From Planctomycetota bacterium (GTDB taxonomy: Bacteria > Planctomycetota > Planctomycetia > JALXBF01), in NCBI GenBank assembly GCA_026981825.1, contig JALSID010000115.1, positions 4,198 to 68,197 of the forward strand: a stretch of DNA of 64,000 nt. The letters are read 5' to 3'. Both the position numbers and the translations under genes were made by a program. Shown in pieces: positions 20,943 through 29,457 of the stretch (positions are counted from its first letter, which is position 1; each line of letters starts with the position of its first letter). The notes under the pieces are model-generated. The model ran no database searches. It was not told where the DNA came from and saw nothing but the letters and a program-made list of their open reading frames with translations.

Positions 20943-22871
20943 ATGTCGCGGCTCGCGAGACCAACAAACGGGCGCCGACAAGAGACCGCTGCGGCGAGAC
21001 CGAAGACCTGTGCCGCTACCGTCCTGATCGCCTATCTGAGGCGCTGGTACCGTACGTCCCCCGCGTGGCTCACCAGTTTCCTTCTCCACGTGGTGGCAGC
21101 TATTCTCCTTGTGCTCGTCCCCTACCGCCACAGGCTTCTGGCCACCCACGTCGTAATCGAAACACGGCTCGACGACTCTGAGCTCACCGTCGAGTTCGCT
21201 CGTCTGCTGGAGCCTGACTACGAACCGGGCGACAGCATGAGCGGTGGTTCGACCCCGGCGACGCCACACGGAACCGACCAGGGGTCCGTTCTGCCTGATA
21301 TCCCAACCACTTCGACTGAAGACCTTCCCCCCGCCCCTCCGATCGCCAAATTGCCGAACATCGGGCTTGGGGCATTACCCCAGGACTCGCAACTGACCAT
21401 GGACGTCTCCGTAAAAGGTGATCCGATCGCCGTGGTCGGTGGAGTAGGAGACGCGATCGATCAGATCACGCGCGAAATCCTCACTCGTCTGAGCAAAGGC
21501 CCGGTGTTGGTGATCTGGATGTTCGACGAATCCCGGAGCATGCAGGACGAACAGCAGGACATCAAGGGGCGATTCCATCGGGTCTATCAGGAACTCGCCG
21601 AGAGACCAGAGACCCGCAACGACGCGTTGCTCACCGCCGTCGTCGCGTTTGGTAAGGACCTGCACTTCGTCCTCGAGAAGCCCACCGCTGACGTGCCACG
21701 GATCCGGGAGGCCATCGACCAGATACCCGTTGATCCCTCTGGCCAGGAATGGCCGTGCAAGTACTTGATCCAGGTGGCCCGTAAGTACGAGCCTTTCGGA
21801 AGACGGGGGCGCCGCCAGCTCATGTTGATCCTCGTCACGGACGAATCCGGTGAGCGGTCTCCGGATGGGCTTACCCCGCTGGACGGTGCGTTCCTTGAAG
21901 ATGCGATCGCTGCGGCGGTGAAGGCCAGGATGGCGGTATACGTGATCGGCCGTGAGGCGGTTTTTGGGTATCCCTTCGCTCAGGTGCCGTACCGGGCGAA
22001 CGGCCGGAGCTACCACCTGCGCGTCACACGAGGGCCCGAAGCACCCGACGTGGAATGCCTCCAAACCATCGGGCTGCGGCCTACCCGGCCGTTCCTGCTG
22101 TCCGGCTTCGGCCCCTGGGAACTCGTCCGGCTCGTGCGAGAAACCGGTGGCATCTACTTCCTCAGTCCTGCGGATGAACCAGGCCGACCCGTAACTTATG
22201 CTTTCGACCCCCTGGTGATGCGAAACTACTTGCCCTACTACGGCCCCCGGACCCTGTATGTCAGCACTCGTGACCGCAGCAAACTGCGCGCAGCCATGTA
22301 CGACGTTATCAAGCGGACCGCTCGCGTGGGTGTGCCGCTGGTATTCCCTTCAGCTCCTGCCGCGTTCACCCAACAGGCTGCCCGAGCGATCCAGCAGTCT
22401 CGCCAACAACGAGCAGTACTTGCTGAGGCCTATCGGGTTCTCCAGCAGGTAGCCCCCCTGTACGACAGCGAGGACTCGCCCCGTTGGAGGGCGGCGTTCG
22501 ATCTGATGGCCGCTGAGCTGGCCGCGTTCCAGGTCCGGCTCTATTCGTACGAATCGATGCTTGCCAAGCTCATGAAGGACCCTCCGAAGCCGTCGCGCCA
22601 GCCCCCTCCGGGCCACGTCCTGCGCTGGGAAGTGTTGCTCTGCCCGCACACGAAGCATGACTGGATTGGTGATGACGAGGGGGCTGTGGAGGCGCGCAAG
22701 CGAGCGATCGAACTGCTGCAGCAGGTGATCGACACGCACCCCCGTACCCCTTGGGCTCGACTGGCACGTATCCACCTCGACGTAGGACTAAGCGTCCGCC
22801 TTGTCGAGGTCTTCGTCGGTGTCCCTCCTCCCGGTGTCCCTCGCCCCACCCCCCGCCCGCCTTCCCTTTGA
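20943..22871 (+). CDS. Membrane-anchored vWA domain protein with Pro-rich C-terminal tail (paralog 2)
   Basis: Same architecture: a basic N-terminus plus TM (FLLHVVAAILLVLVP), then LVIWMFDESRSMQDEQQDIKGRFHRVYQELAE...LMLILVTDESGE...AVYVIG, ending in the tail VGVPPPGVPRPTPRPPSL. Strings such as LLTAVVAFGK, VTRGPEAP and LVRETGGIYF are collinear with paralog 1. Confidence 0.7.
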   Translation: MSRLARPTNGRRQETAAARPKTCAATVLIAYLRRWYRTSPAWLTSFLLHVVAAILLVLVPYRHRLLATHVVIETRLDDSELTVEFARLLEPDYEPGDSMSGGSTPATPHGTDQGSVLPDIPTTSTEDLPPAPPIAKLPNIGLGALPQDSQLTMDVSVKGDPIAVVGGVGDAIDQITREILTRLSKGPVLVIWMFDESRSMQDEQQDIKGRFHRVYQELAERPETRNDALLTAVVAFGKDLHFVLEKPTADVPRIREAIDQIPVDPSGQEWPCKYLIQVARKYEPFGRRGRRQLMLILVTDESGERSPDGLTPLDGAFLEDAIAAAVKARMAVYVIGREAVFGYPFAQVPYRANGRSYHLRVTRGPEAPDVECLQTIGLRPTRPFLLSGFGPWELVRLVRETGGIYFLSPADEPGRPVTYAFDPLVMRNYLPYYGPRTLYVSTRDRSKLRAAMYDVIKRTARVGVPLVFPSAPAAFTQQAARAIQQSRQQRAVLAEAYRVLQQVAPLYDSEDSPRWRAAFDLMAAELAAFQVRLYSYESMLAKLMKDPPKPSRQPPPGHVLRWEVLLCPHTKHDWIGDDEGAVEARKRAIELLQQVIDTHPRTPWARLARIHLDVGLSVRLVEVFVGVPPPGVPRPTPRPPSL

Positions 22872-23025
22872 CAGGATCCCAGTAGCCCAGTCTGGCGGGC
22901 CTGATTCCCCGGAAGCGATCACGCCGTGGACCGACTCAAATGCACCGGCCCACCCAGGTGCGGGCCGCCCGAACGCCGACGAACGCAATCGCCCCAACTT
23001 CTTATTACCCGTGCCCGTGTCACAC

Positions 23026-24384
23026 TCAGCGCCCCTGGAAGGGCAAGGGAACGTTTTGGAACTCCAACCGTGCGCGAACCCACTCCGGGCGACGAGGCAA
23101 CTCGTACACAAAGTCGTAATCGCTCAGCTTTCCCGGCAGGTCGACGAAGAAGTACTCCACCGCAAAAGAACGGTCTCCCGTGCTAACCAGGTTGAAGCCT
23201 CCGTTGCAAGGCTGAGCTTTTCCCGTTGTCCGATGCACTAGGCGTACAGGATTGCGCAGAAACCAGCTCTCAAAACTCTCCGTCGCCGGTTCCGCATCAT
23301 CACGCTCGTACTCCACCTGCACTTGAATTCGCCAGATGCCCTCCTCATCGACCGCACGGACCACCGAAATCGTCGCGTCCTCGACCCGAGCCTGGAGCGG
23401 TGCTTTGCCCCTAAGGGGGCCCAGTTCGACCTTCTGCAACATGCCCGCCACGAACAACTCTAGTGGCACCGCAACGCGCGTCAACCTGGTGGCTCCTGGC
23501 GGCGGCAGAGCGGGCAGGATCACGGGAAGCTCCACGAAACACTTGGCACCATCTGGATGGGCCTCAACCACCGGTCTCGGTAACGGGACCGCAACCGGCT
23601 GCGGCTGCTCGACCGCGCTTACCAGGCCCCCTGCGTCTGTTTCCACCTCGAGTGCCGCCACCCGCACCCTCGCGCGAACCACCGTCAGCCGCGGCTCCCA
23701 ACCGATTACCAGCGACAGCTCCGTGGCGGTGCTCCGGATTTCGAGCTGCCGGCGGAGCACCACCTCACGCACGTAACCGATCACGGCCCCCCTAATCGCC
23801 ATCGGTACTGGGGGGATGCTACCGCTAGCGACCGCAATCGACTCCCGCGACTCGTAAGGGGCGATCCGCAACCCCGCCTTCCGGGCAAGCTCCAAGAAGG
23901 CGGTCCAGAACGGGGTGTTCTTCCAGGAGACATCGATCGTTGGATTCTGCACGGGCTGACCAAGTTCCGCACGAAGGTCGTGGATGCGGTTCCCCGTCGC
24001 CTTCTCCAAACGTTCGAGCAGCTCGCTCAACGTGTACTGCCCCGGCCCGAGAGTGACCCGGGATGGCGCGATGATTGCGGCTCGACGTTTCGCTTCAAGC
24101 GCCGCGATTACCCGGCGCAGCCGGTCCTGCTGCTCTGCCGACAGGCTCGGATCGTCCGGATCAGGGAGCAAAGGCAGGATGGATGGACCGAGCTCGATCA
24201 GCGACGCCTGAGCTGCCTCACGCGTTTCGCGATCGGCAGCGTCCAACTGCGCCACCAGCTCGGCTATCTGCTCGCGGCCAGCTTTACGCTGCTCCTCCTG
24301 ACCGCGCCCCGACTGCGCGAACCCTGCGTGGTAGAGACCTGCGATGACGCCAACCAGGATGAGACGAATCGCCAGGGTTTTCAT
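23026..24384 (-). CDS. Secreted hypothetical protein with N-terminal signal peptide and coiled-coil region
   Basis: MKTLAIRLILVGVIAGLYHAGFAQS signal-like N-terminus; ordinary amino-acid composition (not an antisense artefact). The start ATG overlaps the stop of the upstream cytochrome c peroxidase gene (ATGA at 24381-24384), implying co-transcription. Confidence 0.55.
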   Translation of the reverse strand: MKTLAIRLILVGVIAGLYHAGFAQSGRGQEEQRKAGREQIAELVAQLDAADRETREAAQASLIELGPSILPLLPDPDDPSLSAEQQDRLRRVIAALEAKRRAAIIAPSRVTLGPGQYTLSELLERLEKATGNRIHDLRAELGQPVQNPTIDVSWKNTPFWTAFLELARKAGLRIAPYESRESIAVASGSIPPVPMAIRGAVIGYVREVVLRRQLEIRSTATELSLVIGWEPRLTVVRARVRVAALEVETDAGGLVSAVEQPQPVAVPLPRPVVEAHPDGAKCFVELPVILPALPPPGATRLTRVAVPLELFVAGMLQKVELGPLRGKAPLQARVEDATISVVRAVDEEGIWRIQVQVEYERDDAEPATESFESWFLRNPVRLVHRTTGKAQPCNGGFNLVSTGDRSFAVEYFFVDLPGKLSDYDFVYELPRRPEWVRARLEFQNVPLPFQGR

Positions 24385-26267
24385 CGACGGCTCCTGATTG
24401 CTTGCGGCTCAGTCCCCCTAGCCTCGTCCGGTGTGTACGGAGCGGGCCTGGTCCGATCCCCCTCAAGCTCCGGCGGCAACTCGTACGGCAGAGACTTCAA
24501 AAACTCCACGAGGGCGTCGATTTCGTCGTCCGATAGATGGCTGGTTCGCCCATGGCGATCTTCCCTGTTGTATGTGGTGAGGACATCTCGCAGAGTGCGA
24601 GCTTTGCCGTGATGAAGATAGGGGGCCGTACGGTATACGCCCAGCAAGGTCGGTGTGTCAAACGCGGGTCCCAGCTTCTCCGACGGATCATCCCGCCCCG
24701 TCCCAACATCGTGCATCTTCTGGTCCGTGTAGTACGGGCCACTGTGGCAGGTGGCACAGCCCACATCGGCACGGTAGAACAGCTCCCGGCCCTTTACGGC
24801 TTTTTCGCTCAATTTCCCCCCGCGAGCGTAGGGACTCAGCGTAAAGCCGATCGAATTGCAGTATTCTGCCAAAGCATCTAGAGCCTCGGAGCGGCCCGCA
24901 TTCGGAGCGCCAAGAGGAGGATTGGGCTTCCCCTGAATCAGACCACACCCCCGCATCAACGGACCGCGAATCGTGTGCTCAAAGTCCTGGACCTCGTCCC
25001 GGTCGGCGGACCAGTGCAGCGGATGGGTGTACCACAGCCCGGCAAGAGAGGGCGTATTGCGCGGCCCCTCGGGCATGTGCCAGGTACGCCCGTCCGGCTG
25101 ACCGTCCGGATGGCAGCTCGCGCAGCTTATCCATCGGCGCGCGACCATCGGCTGCAAAGCGGAATTGAACAGGATCTTTCCCAGGAGATGACGTCGAGAA
25201 TAGGGGGCAGTCGTCACGGTAACGCGGTCCACGATCTCCATGCTGTGCGTGTCAAAGACTGCCACACAGAAATCCAGGGCCGCGTAGACATAGGCGTACC
25301 TTCCGGTGGGGTCCACAACAACAGCCCGTGGATTGCGGCCGACGCGCACCAGCGGCCTGGCCATTTCGATCTCGTAGTAGTTGTCGTCCAGGACCCGATT
25401 CACGTGCATATCGTCCGTTCCTGCGTAGACGATGTACAGCATGCGGCCGTCCGGACTCACCGCCGCCTCCCACGGGTTCGCCACCGCAAAGAAACCGTTG
25501 TAGGTATCAAGCGAAATGGGCTTGCGCCGCTTACCCTTCACTCGGTCCAGGTCGACGACGGACAGGATCGGCGCGATCGAGCGATCCGCGTCGATGATGT
25601 CCACGTCAGAGCGAACGTGGGGAATGTAGGCCTTGGCTCGGACCGGGTTCAGGACCACGTTCCTCGCCAGGTTGTACTTCGGGACGGCTGTCCAGCGGTC
25701 CACAACACTACCGGAGGCCGTGTCGATCTTCAGCAGCTCAGCGGTATAGAACTCGGTGGCGTACAGCCATCGATCGTCGGGGGAAATCGCCACACCGCGC
25801 ACGAACCGGCCCACTTTCCAGGTTTTCACCAGTGTGCGGCGGTTGAGATCCACCACAGAAACGGCACCTGGGTAATCGTGAGACACATAGGCGAGCTTGC
25901 CATCCCGGCTGACGACCACGCCGTAGGGCTCGTCAGGCACACGGATCCGCGCCTCCACGCGACCGGCCACCCAGTCCAGCACGACCAGGACGTCCTCGTC
26001 GTAGACCGTGGCAACAGCAAAGCGGCTGTTCGGGACGACCGCCACCCCCTGTGGATTCCTGCCCACGGGCAGCTCAAAGAGCGCCTGCCGGGCCCCGGTA
26101 TCCACCACCGTAACGCTACCGCTGTCCGGATTGGCGCAGAGCAGCCGCTTACCGTCGGCCGTAACAGCGATCAGGCTGTTGTTTCGCGGTAGCGGATGCG
26201 CATCGCACCATGCCCACCCACGCAGGATCGTCACGAGCAACGCTGTTGCTAGCAAGGACCTGAGCAC
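24381..26267 (-). CDS. Beta-propeller (YVTN/YncE-like repeats) fused to a di-heme cytochrome c peroxidase (CCP/MauG family) domain
   Basis: Signal peptide MLRSLLATALLVTIL. The N-terminal half has repeated ...DGKxxYV... propeller-like blocks. The C-terminal half has two CxxCH heme motifs (CASCHPDG and CATCHSGPYYTD) in a CCP-like context (FNSALQP...SCASCH; RELFYRADVGCATCH). Confidence 0.8.
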   Translation of the reverse strand: MLRSLLATALLVTILRGWAWCDAHPLPRNNSLIAVTADGKRLLCANPDSGSVTVVDTGARQALFELPVGRNPQGVAVVPNSRFAVATVYDEDVLVVLDWVAGRVEARIRVPDEPYGVVVSRDGKLAYVSHDYPGAVSVVDLNRRTLVKTWKVGRFVRGVAISPDDRWLYATEFYTAELLKIDTASGSVVDRWTAVPKYNLARNVVLNPVRAKAYIPHVRSDVDIIDADRSIAPILSVVDLDRVKGKRRKPISLDTYNGFFAVANPWEAAVSPDGRMLYIVYAGTDDMHVNRVLDDNYYEIEMARPLVRVGRNPRAVVVDPTGRYAYVYAALDFCVAVFDTHSMEIVDRVTVTTAPYSRRHLLGKILFNSALQPMVARRWISCASCHPDGQPDGRTWHMPEGPRNTPSLAGLWYTHPLHWSADRDEVQDFEHTIRGPLMRGCGLIQGKPNPPLGAPNAGRSEALDALAEYCNSIGFTLSPYARGGKLSEKAVKGRELFYRADVGCATCHSGPYYTDQKMHDVGTGRDDPSEKLGPAFDTPTLLGVYRTAPYLHHGKARTLRDVLTTYNREDRHGRTSHLSDDEIDALVEFLKSLPYELPPELEGDRTRPAPYTPDEARGTEPQAIRSRR

Positions 26268-26429
26268 GATCTCCTCCTGACGATGCTCTTGCAGGGATCC
26301 CTAGATGGTCAGGGCGTGTCGACTTAGCACAGCCGACGGCGAACCATTGCCTGTACGTCAAACCTCCCGCCAGGGATCCCAAACACCCACGAAGATCATC
26401 CCGCACCGGCCGGTTGCGAGGCGGCCCGT

Positions 26430-26921
26430 CTACTCGCCGCCGGAGTCCCCAGAGGGGTTTGTGGGGCGTTCGAACACAACGTAGATTTCTGTCCCGTGGT
26501 GGATAGCCTGGCGGAACCGCCACCCGTCAGCGGCGTACTTGTTCAGGGATTCCTCAATCGTAGCTTGAACCATCCTGCCCCCCAGATGGACTCGCGCGAC
26601 GCTGTACTCGTAGCCGTGCGCCGTCGCCGCCACCGGGCCGCTGGCTTCTTGCCGCTCGGCGGCAGGGGTGCTGGGCGGAGTAATCTGGCTGACTTCGTGG
26701 GAACTGGCTTCCTTCGCCTTCTTGAGCTCCTCCAATTCTTCGTCCACGATAGCTTCCTCGACATCCGCTAGCTGCGTACCCCCACCGGCGGTTGCCGGCT
26801 TGACCACGAAATGCGCGTCGCAGTTGTTGCAGGCGACCTTGAGCCCAAGGTACTTGGAGGGAATCTTCAGCGTCTTGCCGCAGTTCGGGCACTGGCGGAT
26901 CACCGTAGCTTCTGTGGACAT
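26430..26921 (-). CDS. Small protein with an N-terminal zinc ribbon and a C-terminal DUF4177-like domain
   Basis: CPNCGK...CNNCDAHF makes a CxxC...CxxC ribbon. The C-terminus YEYSVARVHLGG...DGWRFRQAIHHGTEIYVVFERP resembles DUF4177. Confidence 0.5.
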   Translation of the reverse strand: MSTEATVIRQCPNCGKTLKIPSKYLGLKVACNNCDAHFVVKPATAGGGTQLADVEEAIVDEELEELKKAKEASSHEVSQITPPSTPAAERQEASGPVAATAHGYEYSVARVHLGGRMVQATIEESLNKYAADGWRFRQAIHHGTEIYVVFERPTNPSGDSGGE

Positions 26922-27054
26922 GCTGCACCTCCGCCGTCACGCTTTACGCGGCTTTACCATAACTCTATGATACGAAACCGCTCACGACATGCAACTGCAC
27001 GGATGCCGTACCATACGTCAGGATGAGGCCCGAAATCTCGCTCGATGAAGGACC

Positions 27055-28797
27055 ATGGCAGCAAACCGAACAAATCGGCCATCTTCGAAACAACCTCACC
27101 GGATTGGTCCCTTCATCCTGGAGAAGCGTCTGGGTGCCGGCGCGATGGGGGTGGTTTTCCGCGCGCGGCACGAACCGACCGGCAAGATCGTCGCCGTCAA
27201 GCTCTTCCCACCCGCCCTGCTGGACAACGAGTCGCTGGTCAAGCGGTTCGAGCGGGAGATGCGCGTGCTGCGCAACTTGCGGCACCCGAACATCGTCCGC
27301 TGTTACGGTGGCAGCCCGCGCCCACCGCAGCCGTTTTTCGCCATGGAGTACGTGAAAGGCGGCTCGCTGGCCGAGCTGATTAAACGCAAAGGCCACCTGA
27401 CGTGGGAAGAGACGATCGACTTCGGCGTTCAGATCTGTCGCGCCTTGAGCTGCGCTCACGAACACGGCATCATCCATCGGGACCTGAAGCCAAGCAATCT
27501 ACTGCTTACCGAACGGGGCGTGATTAAGCTCAGTGATTTCGGCCTGGCGCGGGGCCAGGACACCACCGCCCTGACGGCTCCGGGTAAGACGGTCGGCACC
27601 TACGCGTACATGGCACCGGAGCAGATCACCGGCAAGCCTGGGCTGTCCCCGAAGACCGATCTCTACGCCCTGGGATGCGTGCTGTACGAAATGCTCGTAG
27701 GTGAGCCGCCCTTCCAAGCGGAATCGCCTGCCGAGGTGCTCTACAAGCACATCCAGGAAAAACCGCCCGAACCGATCGAACGAGCGCTCGACTGTCCGGT
27801 CTGGCTCAACGCCATCGTGCTCCAACTGCTTCAGAAGGATCCCCAGAAACGTCCTCCGGACGCCAACTTCGTCGAGCAGCAGCTTTTGGAAGCGCGTGAG
27901 CGAACGATCGAACAGACGGCCGCTACGGTACGCATCTCGCGAGGGGGGCCGGACCCCCTGGCAGATACCGCTCGGAGCGACAACATTCCGGTCGAGGTCC
28001 GCCGAGAGCTTGCCGGCAGACCTACCAAAAAGACGCGGAAGAAGAAACAGCACCGCCCGTTCTACGAGCATCCCGCCGCGCTCGTCGGTGCCCTCGCTGC
28101 TCTCATCCTGTTCATCGTCTGGATGATGCTACCCCCCAGCGAAGCTGAGCTGTACGCCCGAGCCCGGGAAGCTATGCAGTCCAACAGCGAGGCGACCAAG
28201 TACGAAGCGTACGAACGCTACCTTATCCCCTACCGCGAGCGGTTTCCCGAAGGGGAGCACATCGACGAGATCAATGCCTGGATCGATGAAGTCGAGATGA
28301 TCAAAGCGGAAAACCGCTTCCTGGCGAACGTCCGGCTCGGTCGCGATCCGCGATCCGAATACGAACGGAAGTACCGAGAAGCCTGGCAGATCGAGCAGTT
28401 CGGGGATCCGGTTACGGCGCTCCAAAAGTACCAGGCACTGGTGGAGCTTTTCAAGGACGATCCCGACGCACGCCCTTACGTGAACTTGGCCCGCAAACAG
28501 ATCCGCCGCCTCCAGAACACGGCAAAAAACGTAGATCGCATCGCGCTGGTACGACGTAAGCTCGAACTCGCCGACGAACTCTACGCCAAGGGCCAGCGGA
28601 TCGAGGCACGCCGGATCTGGATCTCCATTGTGGACCTCTACCGGCAAGATCCCGAAATGCAGGAACTGGTCGACGAAGCGCTCGATCGTCTGGCCGGCGG
28701 CTCCACTAAACGGTCAAAGAGCCAGCGTAGCGACGAAGCATCGGACCAGGAGACACGGGGGCAAGGGAATGACGATGCCCGCGAGCGACAGCCCTAA
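27055..28797 (+). CDS. Serine/threonine protein kinase with a single TM segment and a C-terminal helical (TPR-like) region
   Basis: Hanks-type kinase motifs: GAGAMGVVFRAR...VAVK, HRDLKPSNLL, DFGLAR, YMAPE. A TM helix (ALVGALAALILFIVWMML) lies after a Lys/Arg-rich linker. An alpha-helical C-terminal domain follows. Confidence 0.9.
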   Translation: MAANRTNRPSSKQPHRIGPFILEKRLGAGAMGVVFRARHEPTGKIVAVKLFPPALLDNESLVKRFEREMRVLRNLRHPNIVRCYGGSPRPPQPFFAMEYVKGGSLAELIKRKGHLTWEETIDFGVQICRALSCAHEHGIIHRDLKPSNLLLTERGVIKLSDFGLARGQDTTALTAPGKTVGTYAYMAPEQITGKPGLSPKTDLYALGCVLYEMLVGEPPFQAESPAEVLYKHIQEKPPEPIERALDCPVWLNAIVLQLLQKDPQKRPPDANFVEQQLLEARERTIEQTAATVRISRGGPDPLADTARSDNIPVEVRRELAGRPTKKTRKKKQHRPFYEHPAALVGALAALILFIVWMMLPPSEAELYARAREAMQSNSEATKYEAYERYLIPYRERFPEGEHIDEINAWIDEVEMIKAENRFLANVRLGRDPRSEYERKYREAWQIEQFGDPVTALQKYQALVELFKDDPDARPYVNLARKQIRRLQNTAKNVDRIALVRRKLELADELYAKGQRIEARRIWISIVDLYRQDPEMQELVDEALDRLAGGSTKRSKSQRSDEASDQETRGQGNDDARERQP

Positions 28798-29098
28798 TCA
28801 GGCTTCGCCACAAGAGCCAGCCGTGCTGTCCGCTGTACTTCAGCGATACCTGGGCAAAGTCGTGGTGGTCGATGTAGAGGCTCCCTACGTGTACATCGGT
28901 ACGCTGGTCCGCTACGATGGCCACTTCCTTGAGCTACGCGACGCGGACGTCCACGACCTGCGCGACTCAACTTCGACCCGGGAACTGTACGTCTTGGAAA
29001 GCAGCCAGTACGGCGTGCGCCGCAACCGCCGCGCCGTCCAGATACGCACCGAGAAGATCGTAAGCATCTCGCTCCTCTCAGACGTCACGGACCGCTAA
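28769..29098 (+). CDS. Small hypothetical protein (about 109 aa) overlapping the 3' end of the kinase gene
   Basis: ATG at 28769 inside ORF 28628..29098. The sequence AVLQRYLGKVVVVDVEAPYVYIGTLVRYDGHFLELRDADVHDL could form a small beta-barrel. There is a 29-nt overlap with the kinase stop. Confidence 0.4.
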   Translation: MTMPASDSPNQASPQEPAVLSAVLQRYLGKVVVVDVEAPYVYIGTLVRYDGHFLELRDADVHDLRDSTSTRELYVLESSQYGVRRNRRAVQIRTEKIVSISLLSDVTDR

Positions 29099-29457
29099 AC
29101 CAACGCTCCTGCATCGTGCCAGGTCCCACGGCAACCCGCTTCGCCGACAGCCTCTTGGACAGCTTCGGGCATCCCATCGACCGTTGGGATCGTCTTGCAC
29201 CCGCACCTGGGCGTAACCGCGTTCGCGCAAAGTCACTCAGCTTGCTCCGCGCAGACCGGCCGCTGTGTGGTGTGCGCGCCCCAGGGACCCCTGTGCCGCT
29301 CAGATTTCGGCCAGATCGGGCCGATCGATCCGATCAGTCCGATGCATCCCCAATTCCTACCGTTAGAATGGCAGACCAACGGGGCTGCCGTTCTGCTCCT
29401 AGTCACAGGCGAATTGGCAGCTTCCCACAGGACCGGACCGTCGAGGAGGCGATTCCG

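Noticed and set aside
24975-26192. 405-aa plus ORF overlapping the cytochrome c peroxidase gene
   Set aside because: Antisense to a gene with two CxxCH motifs and a signal peptide; His/Arg/Val-rich low-complexity translation.
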